A stretch of 63,639 nt of DNA, filler included, from Octopus bimaculoides (taxonomy: Eukaryota), in the NCBI RefSeq assembly GCF_001194135.2. It is 5 parts of 4 records of this genome, joined end to end, with 100 filler letters (N's around TTAATTAATTAA, not from the genome) between each part and the next. Parts side by side here need not be neighbours in the genome. Positions count along the whole stretch, not along the records: positions 24,074 to 39,705 come from NC_068986.1; 4 more parts are not named here. One strand, 5' to 3'. A model generated the notes under the pieces. That model did not search any database. It saw nothing but the letters and a program-made list of their open reading frames with translations, and was not told the origin of the DNA. Both the position numbers and the translations under genes were made by a program. Positions 25,765-38,781 of the stretch are shown here, one piece after another (position 1 is the first letter of the stretch; every line of letters starts with the position of its first letter).

Positions 25765-25810
25765 TCTGATGAAAGGATATCCATAATATCCCAGAAACAG
25801 CTGTAAGACT
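25765..25810 (+). ncRNA. Hammerhead ribozyme-like motif (ACAGCUGU stem III family)
   Basis: U-CUGAUGA-AA-GGAUAU-CCAUA-AUAUCC-CA-GAA-ACAGCUGU-A-AGACU; 5' strand of stem I lost in the N gap. Confidence 0.55.
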
Positions 25811-25964
25811 ATATATGTCGTTTCTTATAAATCTCCTGAAAACTCCTCACAGCCTTGGATTTGTTATCTCCTTTTGTCTAATATATATAAACATTACTCT
25901 TTACTTCCTGCAGTCATTATACTGCGGCTACGTTCTGGCTTGGTTGCTAGCTTAATTTTCATCT

Positions 25965-26010
25965 GATACTCCGATGAAGGCTTAGCTGGACGAAATTTCG
26001 AAGTAACTCT
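25965..26010 (+). ncRNA. Degenerate hammerhead-like motif (CUUCGAAG stem III family)
   Basis: GAUACU-CCGAUGA-AGGCUUAGCUGGAC-GAAA-UUUCGAAG-UA-ACUCU; homologous to 34337-34380 and 63322-63364. Confidence 0.4.
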
Positions 26011-26098
26011 GAATACCTCTCTAGTGAAAATATAATAAATTTGTCCTCTGCAAAAAAGTATCGATTAATCTCTCAGGTTAATGTTAGATCGTTTTTAC

Positions 26099-26429
26099 CA
26101 TAGGTTCTCAAAGTGGGCGCTACTGTCACCAGGTGGCTGTTGAGACGGTCCAGGTGGGCGCTGGTGTCTAAGGAGGCGGTTGGGGCATGGTAGATTTTTG
26201 AAAAAGTAGGCGTTGGGAGGAAGGTGGTGAATAGGGTACCGCTATGAATTTATAATATTATTATAGTATTGTATACAAATTATATATTATATTAAATATC
26301 AAATGTTTCATAGTATATATATAGATTAATAAAATATAAAATATTTATTTATATATAAAAATAGGGGTGTGGGCGCTGAGGGTATTATGTGCCCATGAGG
26401 GGGTGGCTCAAAAAGTCTGAGAACTTCCG
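26099..26429. mobile_element. hAT/Charlie-like MITE
   Basis: Ends CATAGGTTCTCAAAGT and (minus) CGGAAGTTCTCAGACT resemble CAGGGGTTCTCAAAC termini; 8-bp TSD only partly matching. Confidence 0.5.
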
Positions 26430-26906
26430 CTTTTATTATACCATGACATGAAAATAAGCATTAAAAAACCTACCTACTTACCTAACTACCCACATACGTA
26501 CATAAATACATACATACATAAATACATAAATACATACATACATACATACATACATACGTACATACATACGTACATACATACATACATATATATCCATATG
26601 TGTGTGTGAATAGTTTTTCTGTTACACAAATATTTGTGTTTTGTCGTAGGTTATCGAAGATATTCAAGATTTATTACAATATATGACTTCGTTTTGTTGT
26701 CATGTGTCTCTTTGTTTATAATCGTTCTGATAACGTCACGATATTGTTCTAAAACATACTTTGAAAACTCTTTTATTGAGCTCTCTGCTAATAGTTTGCA
26801 CAGAGGTAACTTTTGCCTTCTAACTTCAAATTATTTATTCCCATAATTACAGCATTTACGCATATACATACATACATACATACATACATACATACATACA
26901 TGCAAA

Positions 26907-27111
26907 AGGCGGCGACCTGGCAGAGACGTTAGCACGCCGGGCGAAATGCTTAGCGGTATTTCGTCTGCCGCTACGTTCTGAGTTCAAATTGCCTTTCATC
27001 CTTTCGGGGTCGATTAAATAAGTCCCAATTACGCACTGAGGTCGATATAATCGACTTAATCCGTTTGTCTGTCCCCTCTGTGTGTAGCCCCTTGTAGGTA
27101 GTAAAGAAATA
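26907..27111 (+). mobile_element. tRNA-derived SINE, near full length, tail type A
   Basis: GGCGGCGACCTGGCAGAGACGTTAGC (A box), GAGTTCAAATT (B box), CCTTTCATCCTTTCGGGGTCGAT centre, tail AGCCCCTTGTAGGTAGTAAAGAAATA. Confidence 0.9.
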
Positions 27112-27135
27112 ACACATACATACACACACACACAC

Positions 27136-27185
<50 letters not shown>

Positions 27186-28074
27186 NNNNNNNNNNNNNNN
27201 NNNNNNNNNNNNNNNNNNNNNNNNNNNNNNNNNNNNNNNNNNNNNNNNNNNNNNNNNNNNNNNNNNNNNNNNNNNNNNNNNNNNNNNNNNNNNNNNNNNN
27301 NNNNNNNNNNNNNNNNNNNNNNNNNNNNNNNNNNNNNNNNNNNNNNNNNNNNNNNNNNNNNNNNNNNNNNNNNNNNNNNNNNNNNNNNNNNNNNNNNNNN
27401 NNNNNNNNNNNNNNNNNNNNNNNNNNNNNNNNNNNNNNNNNNNNNNNNNNNNNNNNNNNNNNNNNNNNNNNNNNNNNNNNNNNNNNNNNNNNNNNNNNNN
27501 NNNNNNNNNNNNNNNNNNNNNNNNNNNNNNNNNNNNNNNNNNNNNNNNNNNNNNNNNNNNNNNNNNNNNNNNNNNNNNNNNNNNNNNNNNNNNNNNNNNN
27601 NNNNNNNNNNNNNNNNNNNNNNNNNNNNNNNNNNNNNNNNNNNNNNNNNNNNNNNNNNNNNNNACATGCGAGTAAAAATAAATACAAAAAAAGGGGTTTT
27701 GTATGATTGTGTATAGAGGAATATATTATTTTGTTTAAAAGAGTTCCAACACTGTCTGTTTTTTATGTTTTATTTATATTCCTGCAAAACCAATGTGGGA
27801 TATAGAATATGGAATATACAATATATAATATAATGTACAATATATAATATAAAATAAAAATGGATGGTACAATGAAATAAAGTATTGAATGTCTTATTGA
27901 ATATATGGAATATGTCTTATTGAATAGATGAAATACTGAGTGTTCAATATAAAGGATTAAATATATAAAGGCGAATACGTATTTTCTATACCTTGTGGTA
28001 TTTCATCATGGCCGGTATGACAGACTTTAACATATATATATGTATATAATAAATTATCAAAATAAAAAGACATA

Positions 28075-28281
28075 AATCATTTGAAGGAACGCATCACCAA
28101 CGCATTTGTACATGTATCACCAGATGTGCCATTACGAGTTCACAATGAGTGGGGTAAACGCATTTCAATCTGTATTCAAAACAATTGTAACCATATAGAG
28201 CCTGGTAATTAAAAAAGAAATAAAACTGTTCTTATAAAAAGATAAATTGTTCCTATGTATGGCGACTTCTGAATCACCCTG
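28075..28281 (+). mobile_element. Tc1/mariner transposon 3' end
   Basis: HLKERITNAFVHVSPDVPLRVHNEWGKRISICIQNNCNHIE resembles the Tc1/mariner C-terminus; ends in GAATCACCCTG followed by TA. Confidence 0.7.
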
Positions 28282-28514
28282 TATCTTGAAAAAATGAACA
28301 GAAATGACTTTTCTGATAATTTTTCCACTTTAATAATTATATGTTTACAAAAAGTGACTCTAAACCGAGTTACTCGCTTGAAAGCGGTTTTCAAACATAT
28401 AATATAGAGTTAATTTTTTGCTTAAATATTTTTCGCTTAGATATAGCATACACATATACAAACACCAATACCCACACAAATATATCCACCTAAACATATA
28501 CATATATATGTAAC

Positions 28515-28655
28515 ATCTGTTTCCACGCAGTTTCCTTGCTAGTAAAAATCACTAACAGACCTAGGTTATGGCAGAAGACATTTGCCCAACATTCAACGCA
28601 AAGGGACTGAACCCAAAACTACAAAGTTGCTAAACGAGCTTCTTAACGATTCAAG
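28515..28655 (-). mobile_element. Decayed CORE-like SINE head
   Basis: GAAGACATTTGCCCAAC...GGGACTGAACCC matches 12700-12750. Confidence 0.6.
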
Positions 28656-29285
28656 CATGTCAGACAGAAATGCTGGCGAATGTGTAAGTAATACTTGTAA
28701 AATTTATTGAGCTTAAGATCGATATCTTTCACGTAGCCAACGTATTAATGGTTGGCAATCTGACACCGCGTGTAAACAAACTATCAACAACAAACTGATT
28801 TCGTCTCTCCCAATTGAAAATGACTAAAATACAAATACAAAATGCAACATTTGCCCTAAGTTTAAAAGGGGAATGAACACTTTCATGATATAAATAATGA
28901 AGCCTCCATATGTCAGCATTGCTAGACACAAACATAAACCGGTTCTCGATAAAAATAGTGAAAAATGTAAACAGACGTCCAGACTTTACCCCTTGCTTCT
29001 TGCAAACATATATCGAAAAGGCAGAAATGAATACGAGAGAAATACGTTTCTATTATACATGCATATATTACGGCCACACTACGCTCCAGTTTCAAAATTA
29101 TGACATGTTTATTGTATGAACTTCACATTTAAAGATAGATCTGTCTCTAACTTTAACGACGGGCGCCAAATGAGTAACTAACAGAAGATATATTTATCAA
29201 AGTCAAAAGTATAGGAGAAATTGAAAACACTAAGAAAGTATGCCTAAGGTAACTGCACACACACGCACACACAAACACACACACA

Positions 29286-29322
<37 letters not shown>

Positions 29323-29608
29323 ACACGCACAGACACACACGCACACACACATATACACACACACAAAATTTGAAAATATATACAACAAAGGTAGATTTAA
29401 CACCTACAAATTTATCAAATAATGCAACAATAGTTTAACATGAATGACAAGTTTGCTTCTTTATATGTATGTGTGTGTGTGTATATATATATATCTTTTT
29501 ATTTGTTAGTGTGCTGTCCTTCGTTCATAGGGAACCTCGGCAAAAATGACCTCTGTAGACGATCGTTGACATTGGACTTCAGTGACAAGACAACTCTTTT
29601 AAATAATC

Positions 29609-29611
<3 letters not shown>

Positions 29612-29682
<71 letters not shown>
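29612..29682. repeat. (AGT)n microsatellite
   Basis: Direct reading. Confidence 0.95.
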
Positions 29683-29683
<1 letters not shown>

Positions 29684-30398
29684 TGTACTGTAACTGAGCA
29701 TTGCAGCAACCACCGTTTGTTGATGACTCACTACTTCCGGCGGATGGGACGATAACTTGCGCCACCCAAGCGACAGCTCTCCGTCACATGAGTCTGTTTG
29801 GGAAGCCGTTCTTGGTGAGTGTTTTTTACGAAGTCGGAAAGCAAATCCTAGCGCAACCTCGATTAGTCGACTTCTATGACATATAGATTTAATTCACTGT
29901 GAGCAACAAGTGCCGCATGATCAGCGAAGAGAAAGTCTCTTATTGTCACTCTATTGATCTTAGTCTTGGTCCGAAGTCTAGAAAGATCAAATCATTTATC
30001 TATATAGCATTACATGATTTATGAAAGATGTTACTTAAATGCAAGCATAAATGTATCTGGCTAAAAAGAAACACAGGCTTTGATACATCTTTACAGCTGT
30101 TTCTAACAATCAGCGATTGGTTGATGCAACAATGTATATAATGAGCACAGGTGTAAATAGTGATGCGAGAATACAAATGAAGAAAATAGAAATTGTTATC
30201 AACACATAAACATGAGACATTAATGTATTGATGGTGGAAGTGTTAAAGCGCCGAATATTCTCATTAAAGCGATGAGTGGCGAAGTATATACATACATGTA
30301 TATGTGTATATATTCATGCATACATATGCGTATAAGTATGTGTATACATACATATGCATACATCTATGTATATATGCATATATATGTGTATATATATA

Positions 30399-30437
<39 letters not shown>

Positions 30438-31535
30438 TTATATCGTTCTTAAGCAGTTCAATTTTATTGCTAAAGCGTCTTAATATTATTTCAAAATCTA
30501 AATTTATTTATTTCAGTAGATTTGATTCCCGCTGTGTTTTGCATTAAATGTGCGTCTTGGTGTATCTTATGAAGCTATTATGCACATGCATGAATAAATG
30601 AATGTATCAGTATATATTTATATATATATATATANNNNNNNNNNNNNNNNNNNNNNNNNNNNNNNNNNNNNNNNNNNNNNNNNNNNNNNNNNNNNNNNNN
30701 NNNNNNNNNNNNNNNNNNNNNNNNNNNNNNNNNNNNNNNNNNNNNNNNNNNNNNNNNNNNNNNNNNNNNNNNNNNNNNNNNNNNNNNNNNNNNNNNNNNN
30801 NNNNNNNNNNNNNNNNNNNNNNNNNNNNNNNNNNNNNNNNNNNNNNNNNNNNNNNNNNNNNNNNNNNNNNNNNNNNNNNNNNNNNNNNNNNNNNNNNNNN
30901 NNNNNNNNNNNNNNNNNNNNNNNNNNNNNNNNNNNNNNNNNNNNNNNNNNNNNNNNNNNNNNNNNNNNNNNNNNNNNNNNNNNNNNNNNNNNNNNNNNNN
31001 NNNNNNNNNNNNNNNNNNNNNNNNNNNNNNNNNNNNNNNNNNNNNNNNNNNNNNNNNNNNNNNNNNNNNNNNNNNNNNNNNNNNNNNNNNNNNNNNNNNN
31101 NNNNNNNNNNNNNNNNNNNNNNNNNNNNNNNNNNNNNNNNNNNNNNNNNNNNNNNNNNNNNNNNNNNNNNNNNNNNNNNNNNNNNNNNNNNNNNNNNNNN
31201 NNNNNNNNNNNNNNNNNNNNNNNNNNNNNNNNNNNNNNNNNNNNNNNNNNNNNNNNNNNNNNNNNNNNNNNNNNNNNNNNNNNNNNNNNNNNNNNNNNNN
31301 NNNNNNNNNNNNNNNNNNNNNNNNNNNNNNNNNNNNNNNNNNNNNNNNNNNNNNNNNNNNNNNNNNNNNNNNNNNNNNNNNNNNNNNNNNNNNNNNNNNN
31401 NNNNNNTATATATATACACCAGTGTGTATGTATGTATATATGTGTGCGTGTATATATATATGTATATATATATATATATATATATACGTATATAGAATGA
31501 TATACGTGGAGCAAGAACACACACGGAGAAGGAAA

Positions 31536-31582
31536 GTGTCGCTGAAGAAGTCACACATGTGTGACGAGAGGTGTCTGGACAT
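31536..31582 (+). ncRNA. Degenerate hammerhead-like motif
   Basis: GUGUCG-CUGAAGA-A-GUCACA-CAUG-UGUGAC-GAGA-GGUG-UC-UGGACAU; perfect stem II, but GAGA in place of GAAA. Confidence 0.45.
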
Positions 31583-33431
31583 GAGTTAGCATAAGAACAG
31601 TAATAAACGAGTGAAGAATGAATATATAGTGCGTGTGTTTATTTGGAAAAAAAAAAAATGACCGTCCTGAAATAGAACAATACCTGTTTCAACACACGAT
31701 TTCACACACTGCCAGGTATAAACATGCCTATATCTATGTANNNNNNNNNNATATATATATATATATACATATATATAGATATGTGTGTGTGTATGTGTGT
31801 ATTCACGTATGTGTATGTGTGAATATATATATATATATATATCTTTTTAAATATATATATATATATATATGTTCCTGCACGCACACAAATGCACGTATGA
31901 ATACCTGTTAATCAAGCAACGTTCTTACCTACTTCCAGGATTTCTTCACAGTTTATTTTCACGTAAAAAATAATGGAAACCTCTAATCGCTGTATGTGAT
32001 TAACAGCTTGTTCTTCAACAATAATCCATATAATTTGGTTTTCCGTTTTTTTATATTTAAATAATCTACAAAATTTACGCACTTCCCAATTATTTTGGTA
32101 TCAGTATGTACTCTTTTACCTTTGCATGCAGGCGGGCACCTGTGCCCCACTCACTGGAGAAATTTACTCACACGACTGGGCTTGCTCGTGTGCGCTGGCA
32201 CACATATAAGCAGATTAGCGAACACAGAAGTATAGACGTACTCATACGTAGACATTCACAATCACACATACACACACATATATATTCGCGTATATATGTA
32301 TATATATANNNNNNNNNNNNNNNNNNNNNNNNNNNNNNNNNNNNNNNNNNNNNNNNNNNNNNNNNNNNNNNNNNNNNNNNNNNNNNNNNNNNNNNNNNNN
32401 NNNNNNNNNNNNNNNNNNNNNNNNNNNNNNNNNNNNNNNNNNNNNNNNNNNNNNNNNNNNNNNNNNNNNNNNNNNNNNNNNNNNNNNNNNNNNNNNNNNN
32501 NNNNNNNNNNNNNNNNNNNNNNNNNNNNNNNNNNNNNNNNNNNNNNNNNNNNNNNNNNNNNNNNNNNNNNNNNNNNNNNNNNNNNNNNNNNNNNNNNNNN
32601 NNNNNNNNNNNNNNNNNNNNNNNNNNNNNNNNNNNNNNNNNNNNNNNNNNNNNNNNNNNNNNNNNNNNNNNNNNNNNNNNNNNNNNNNNNNNNNNNNNNN
32701 NNNNNNNNNNNNNNNNNNNNNNNNNNNNNNNNNNNNNNNNNNNNNNNNNNNNNNNNNNNNNNNNNNNNNNNNNNNNNNNNNNNNNNNNNNNNNNNNNNNN
32801 NNNNNNNNNNNNNNNNNNNNNNNNNNNNNNNNNNNNNNNNNNNNNNNNNNNNNNNNNNNNNNNNNNNNNNNNNNNNNNNNNNNNNNNNNNNNNNNNNNNN
32901 NNNNNNNNNNNNNNNNNNNNNNNNNNNNNNNNNNNNNNNNNNNNNNNNNNNNNNNNNNNNNNNNNNNNNNNNNNNNNNNNNNNNNNNNNNNNNNNNNNNN
33001 NNNNNNNNNNNNNNNNNNNNNNNNNNNNNNNNTATATATATTGTTTGTATGTATGTATGTATGTATGTATGTATACATATAGATACAATATGATTCATTT
33101 TAAAAATGTGTACGAATGCTTCGTCCAAGCATGCGAAATACTATTGGTTGTCTTCGGCCCCATTATGTATGATGTCAGCTGATCCCTGACACGGAATTGT
33201 CCAATCAGCGAAACGTGCGCTCGCACGCATACACACACACACACACACACCAAAAAGAAAAGAAATATTTTTTGACAGACACGTGAAAATATGAGTAAAC
33301 TTTACTGGATGTTATAAATACACCCGCTCACACGCAAAAAGGCATACATGCTCATACAGACATATATACGTACATACACCCTTCTCACGCACACATACAT
33401 ACATACACATACGCATAGGAACACATAATAC

Positions 33432-33478
<47 letters not shown>

Positions 33479-33764
33479 GCACATACACACTAATGCACAC
33501 ATTCACACACACACAATCACACGTGAGCACAGACACACATGGACACTTACGGAAACAAACATACGTACGCATAGACATGATCACACATGTACATTCAGGC
33601 AGGGAATAGACACATGAGAGCAAAGTGCTCTCTCTCTAAAAAGCGGAGAGAGATAAATGGAGAGAGAGGTGGGTGAGAGGGGGTTATAAGCAACTGGAAA
33701 AAAACAACCAAATTAATTATTGCTATAGTATAAGGGCAACAACAATTACTGTGACGACAGCAAC

Positions 33765-33826
33765 GACAACATCAACTATAACAACAACATCAACTACAAC
33801 AACAACATCAACTACAACAACAACAA
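33765..33826. repeat. 18-bp minisatellite, about 3 copies (caacaacatcaactacaa)
   Basis: Direct reading. Confidence 0.85.
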
Positions 33827-34205
33827 GTGCAGTGTAAACTTGCAGAAATAACAATATTAGATAATTACGTTTGATATAGTCTGCTGTTTACAAGCAAGTA
33901 AAACAAAATTGGCTTTTGGGTATATTAATGCACACATGAAAGATTTTACATATAAATCTACGTACATATTGTTTAATATACATACATACACACGTATACC
34001 CACGTACACACACACGCACACACACACACACACACACACAAACATATATGGATGTATATGTATGTATGTATGCATGTGTATACATACATACATGCATATA
34101 TATATAGATATGTGTGTATGTATATATATGTGTGTGTGCACACATACATACATACATACATACGTACATACATACATGCATGCATGCATATATATATGTG
34201 CGCAC

Positions 34206-34207
<2 letters not shown>

Positions 34208-34291
<84 letters not shown>
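34208..34291. repeat. (TA)n microsatellite
   Basis: Direct reading. Confidence 0.95.
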
Positions 34292-34293
<2 letters not shown>

Positions 34294-34336
34294 CTTTTGC
34301 AAGGAAAAAGTTGATATTGACTTCAAAGTTTTATCA

Positions 34337-34380
34337 GATACTGATGAAGACAAATAAGCCGAAACTTCGAAGTCACTATC
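34337..34380 (+). ncRNA. Hammerhead-like motif (CUUCGAAG stem III family)
   Basis: GAUA-CUGAUGA-AGACAAAUAAGCC-GAA-ACUUCGAAGU-C-ACUAUC; perfect palindromic stem III and GUC triplet, stems I and II damaged. Confidence 0.55.
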
Positions 34381-34704
34381 AACATGTTCCTTGTAAAAGT
34401 TTGGTAACTATCTGCTCCGCTAAAAAGTATTGAGTATTTTTTTCAATTTAATGCTAAATTGCCTTTCTAGATAAAAACAATATATGTATGGCACTACAGA
34501 GGGATGTGGAAGGGAGGAATCAGGGATGTGTATAGTGTATGATTACACAATGTGTTCACATATGTAAAATGCAGAGTAGGAAATCTAAAATTTAAAAGAA
34601 AAAACTATATTGTTCTTAAAATATCTACAAGGAACAAGCGAAGGAGATAAGACCAGCTAGATTAATCAATTGAATTTCGGGGAAAATATATTTAATGGTA
34701 CGAA

Positions 34705-34746
34705 TACGATAGGGTGTTTCGGTATATTTTAACCTCCTCAGCGTTG
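34705..34746 (-). ncRNA. Hammerhead-like core
   Basis: CAACG-CUGAGGA-GGU-UAAAAUAU-ACC-GAAA-CACCC-UA; core and stem II canonical, stems I and III poor. Confidence 0.35.
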
Positions 34747-35353
34747 ATCATTCTTAGCCTCAACGATCGAGTAGGATATACTTTGCTGAGGAGTACCAGT
34801 AAGACGAGAAAATATGTGCTTCTATCCCTACTTAGTTTTTAAGTCAAGATATAATCCCACTTGCCTGCTCTATATTTCGCAAGGAATTCAACTAAGTGCT
34901 CGTAATGGCTTCTCTTCTCTTCTTGGGCTCTTTGCAGGCTTCAAATACTCATGAAAGGAGTTTTTCGCTATTAATTGCATGAATTATCTCAATTCAGCTC
35001 CTTCCCTTATATTCATAATCAGCATCAGTACACACACCGCCTCTCTGTTTCTCTATATGTAGGTCACTGTCAGTTTTGCCAAATGCGTCGGTTGTCTTTG
35101 AAAAAAAAAAAGGTCAAATAAGGCACTAATATGTCCGTTGATTTTAAGACCAGACACACTTCCACCAGCATCGTCTATGGCTTTCAAAAATTTCGATCAC
35201 ATTTTTGCTTGCTGTTTACAGATTTCAATATATCTACACGGACAAATTTTATCAACTAATTGAATATGTATGCATGGCCGCCTCGTGCGTGTGGACTGGT
35301 TTGGTTAGACGAATGTGTGGCTGCAAGTGCAAGCACGTTTGTGATGACCAAGT

Positions 35354-35401
<48 letters not shown>

Positions 35402-36024
35402 NNNNNNNNNNNNNNNNNNNNNNNNNNNNNNNNNNNNNNNNNNNNNNNNNNNNNNNNNNNNNNNNNNNNNNNNNNNNNNNNNNNNNNNNNNNNNNNNNNN
35501 NNNNNNNNNNNNNNNNNNNNNNNNNNNNNNNNNNNNNNNNNNNNNNNNNNNNNNNNNNNNNNNNNNNNNNNNNNNNNNNNNNNNNNNNNNNNNNNNNNNN
35601 NNNNNNNNNNNNNNNNNNNNNNNNNNNNNNNNNNNNNNNNNNNNNNNNNNNNNNNNNNNNNNNNNNNNNNNNNNNNNNNNNNNNNNNNNNNNNNNNNNNN
35701 NNNNNNNNNNNNNNNNNNNNNNNNNNNNNNNNNNNNNNNNNNNNNNNNNNNNNNNNNNNNNNNNNNNNNNNNNNNNNNNNNNNNNNNNNNNNNNNNNNNN
35801 NNNNNNNNNNNNNNNNNNNNNNNNNNNNNNNNNNNNNNNNNNNNNNNNNNNNNNNNNNNNNNNNNNNNNNNNNNNNNNNNNNNNNNNNNNNNNNNNNNNN
35901 NNNNNNNNNNNNNNNNNNNNNNNNNNNNNNNNNNNNNNNNNNNNNNNNNNNNNNNNNNNNNNNNNNNNNNNNNNNATATATGTGTGTGTGTGTGCGTGTA
36001 GATAAATATATAGATAGATGCATG

Positions 36025-36056
<32 letters not shown>

Positions 36057-36623
36057 TGTATGTATGTATGTATATGTTTGTAACTATACGCGTGTGTGTG
36101 TTGTGTGTATGTTTGTGAGAAAGAGATGTCACTAAGTTGATAAAAGTACAGAAGACCTCCACCAATTAACAGGAATACAAAAGAATCTCTGTTTACTGTG
36201 TATGTCGATCATTATTAACTCACCGTGTTCTGTGTTGTGCTGAAGGGGAAAACGACAAAAGCAACGATCGGTGATGTCGGAACGTAAACAATTTGTTAAT
36301 TCATGCTACAATGGAGCCATGTTTTTCTTAATCTTTTTCTTTGTTTCTTGTTTCTTTGGCCGTCTATCTTTTTCTTTTTCATTTTTTTTTGTTTTTGTTT
36401 ACGAAGACCGTTGAAGAACGATGCTATTTCCGCAATTAATGTTGGTTTTTAATAGGTAGTTAGTTGTTTGGATGTTAACGAACGCAAGGCAAAACATGAG
36501 CAGGTGCGATGAGTCCAGCGGGTGGGCGTGCCGGGGAGTAAGGATTGGGTACAGTTGTTAGTGAGCATCCTAGCACCAGTACGAGTGATGAGGGAAGGAA
36601 AGGTGAGTCAGAAGTGACTCAGT

Positions 36624-36968
36624 GGCGGCGAGCTGGCAGAAACGTTAGCACGCCGGGCGAAATGCTTAGCGGTAATTCGTCTGCCGTTACGTTCTGAATT
36701 CAAATTCCACCGAGGTCTACTTTGCCTTTCATCCTTTCGGGGTCGATAAATTAAGTACCAGTTACGCACTGGGGTCGATGTAATCGACTTACTCCGTTCG
36801 TCTGTTCTTGTTTGTTCCCTCTATGTTTAGCCCCTTGTGGGCAACAACGAAATAGGTATTTCGTCTGCCGTTACGTTCTGAATTCAAATTCCGCCGAGGT
36901 CTACTTTGCCTTTCATCCTTTCAGGGTTGATAAATTAAGTACCAGTTACGCACTGGAGTCGGTGTAAT
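36624..36968 (+). mobile_element. tRNA-derived SINE (tail type A) followed head-to-tail by a partial duplicate
   Basis: Full copy 36624-36854; second copy restarts at GGTATTTCGTCTGCC (36855) and runs into the gap. Confidence 0.9.
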
Positions 36969-37293
36969 NNNNNNNNNNNNNNNNNNNNNNNNNNNNNNNN
37001 NNNNNNNNNNNNNNNNNNNNNNNNNNNNNNNNNNNNNNNNNNNNNNNNNNNNNNNNNNNNNNNNNNNNNNNNNNNNNNNNNNNNNNNNNNNNNNNNNNNN
37101 NNNNNNNNNNNNNNNNNNNNNNNNNNNNNNNNNNNNNNNNNNNNNNNNNNNNNNNNNNNNNNNNNNNNNNNNNNNNNNNNNNNNNNNNNNNNNNATGCAT
37201 GTATCTAAGTATGTAAGTATATACATATACATATTTGTGTGTGTGTGTGTATGTGTGTGTATGTATGTATATGTGTATATACACACACACATA

Positions 37294-37324
<31 letters not shown>

Positions 37325-38069
37325 TTGTATCTACCTCCATCTCCCTTTCTCTTACTCTCTTTCTAATATGCATACATACATGCACCCCCCCACACACACA
37401 CACTGACGTTATTATTCTGGGTTTCAGTATATTTATTCTAAATTAGCCGAGGTCACCATATAAATACATCGTTGACGTTACCGCCACCACGTTATCGTCT
37501 TTGATGAAAAAAAAAAAAAAATCAATAGATAGTTTCGAATTCATTTGGTACCGAAAGCATCAAAACGTACAGAAATTTATATTGAAAATTTCTTTTCCTT
37601 TACATTTTTTCCATAGTCTTTCATTTTATTGTTTATTTTTTAAAAGTTTTCATTTAGAATTTTTCTCTTTCCGTTCAAATTTATGATAATTTGTAAAATA
37701 TAAATTAATAAAATAAATAAAATGAAAAAAATGTAATAAAATGAAATTGAAAAATACTTTTGTGAATGTCGAATAGTTAATTTTTATTGACAATTTACCT
37801 CTAATTAACTGCACAAATACTTAATTACCGTTGGAGTATTTCGCTGCACTTGTTGAATGTACGATGAATGAAGGCGGCCATTTTGGAATCGACTATTTCT
37901 GAGTCCATTCACGTGATTCGGTGTTCGGACGACTGCGTGCTACAAGTATAGCATAAGGGTTTATATAGGGTTATGTGAATACACAGTTGTATGTAAGGTA
38001 ATGCACTAATACTTGTATGTACAACTATACATTTGTGCGCGGCCTTTTCTCTCTCTTTGTCTCCCTCTC

Positions 38070-38083
38070 TTTCTTTCTTTTTT

Positions 38084-38122
<39 letters not shown>

Positions 38123-38132
38123 NNNNNNNNNN

Positions 38133-38213
<81 letters not shown>

Positions 38214-38215
38214 CT
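38070..38215. repeat. (TTTC)n/(TC)n microsatellite
   Basis: Direct reading. Confidence 0.95.
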
Positions 38216-38479
38216 TCATACATACACATATATGTGTGTGTGTGTGTATGCATATATATATATGGGGGTGTATGCGTGTGTGCATATGAATGTGTTTCTG
38301 TGTGTGTCTTTCTGCTTGTATCCCGTCAATGTTTGACGACCGGTGTTGATTTGTTTACGCCCCTGTAACTTGACAGTTCGGCAAACGACGCCGATAGAAA
38401 AAAAATTGCATATACACGCATACATATACACACACACACTCACTCACATACACAGACACACACACACACGCACACACAC

Positions 38480-38512
<33 letters not shown>

Positions 38513-38574
38513 TAATATATATATATATAATATATATATATACATATATAGATATAATATATATATATATATAA

Positions 38575-38612
<38 letters not shown>

Positions 38613-38750
38613 CATACATACATNNNNNNNNNNNNNNNNNNNNNNNNNNNNNNNNNNNNNNNNNNNNNNNNNNNNNNNNNNNNNNNNNNNNNNNNNNNNN
38701 NNNNNNNNNNNNNNNNNNNNNNNNNNNNNNNNNNNNNNNNNNNNNNNNNN

Positions 38751-38780
<30 letters not shown>

Positions 38781-38781
<1 letters not shown>

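Noticed and set aside
30085-30120. Minus-strand GAAACAGCTGTA like the 25765 family
   Set aside because: No CUGANGA or stem II upstream.
34783-34815. CTGAGGA-GTACCAGTAAGAC-GAGA; similar weak cases at 45027 and 47211
   Set aside because: Two or more core or stem defects each; compatible with chance.
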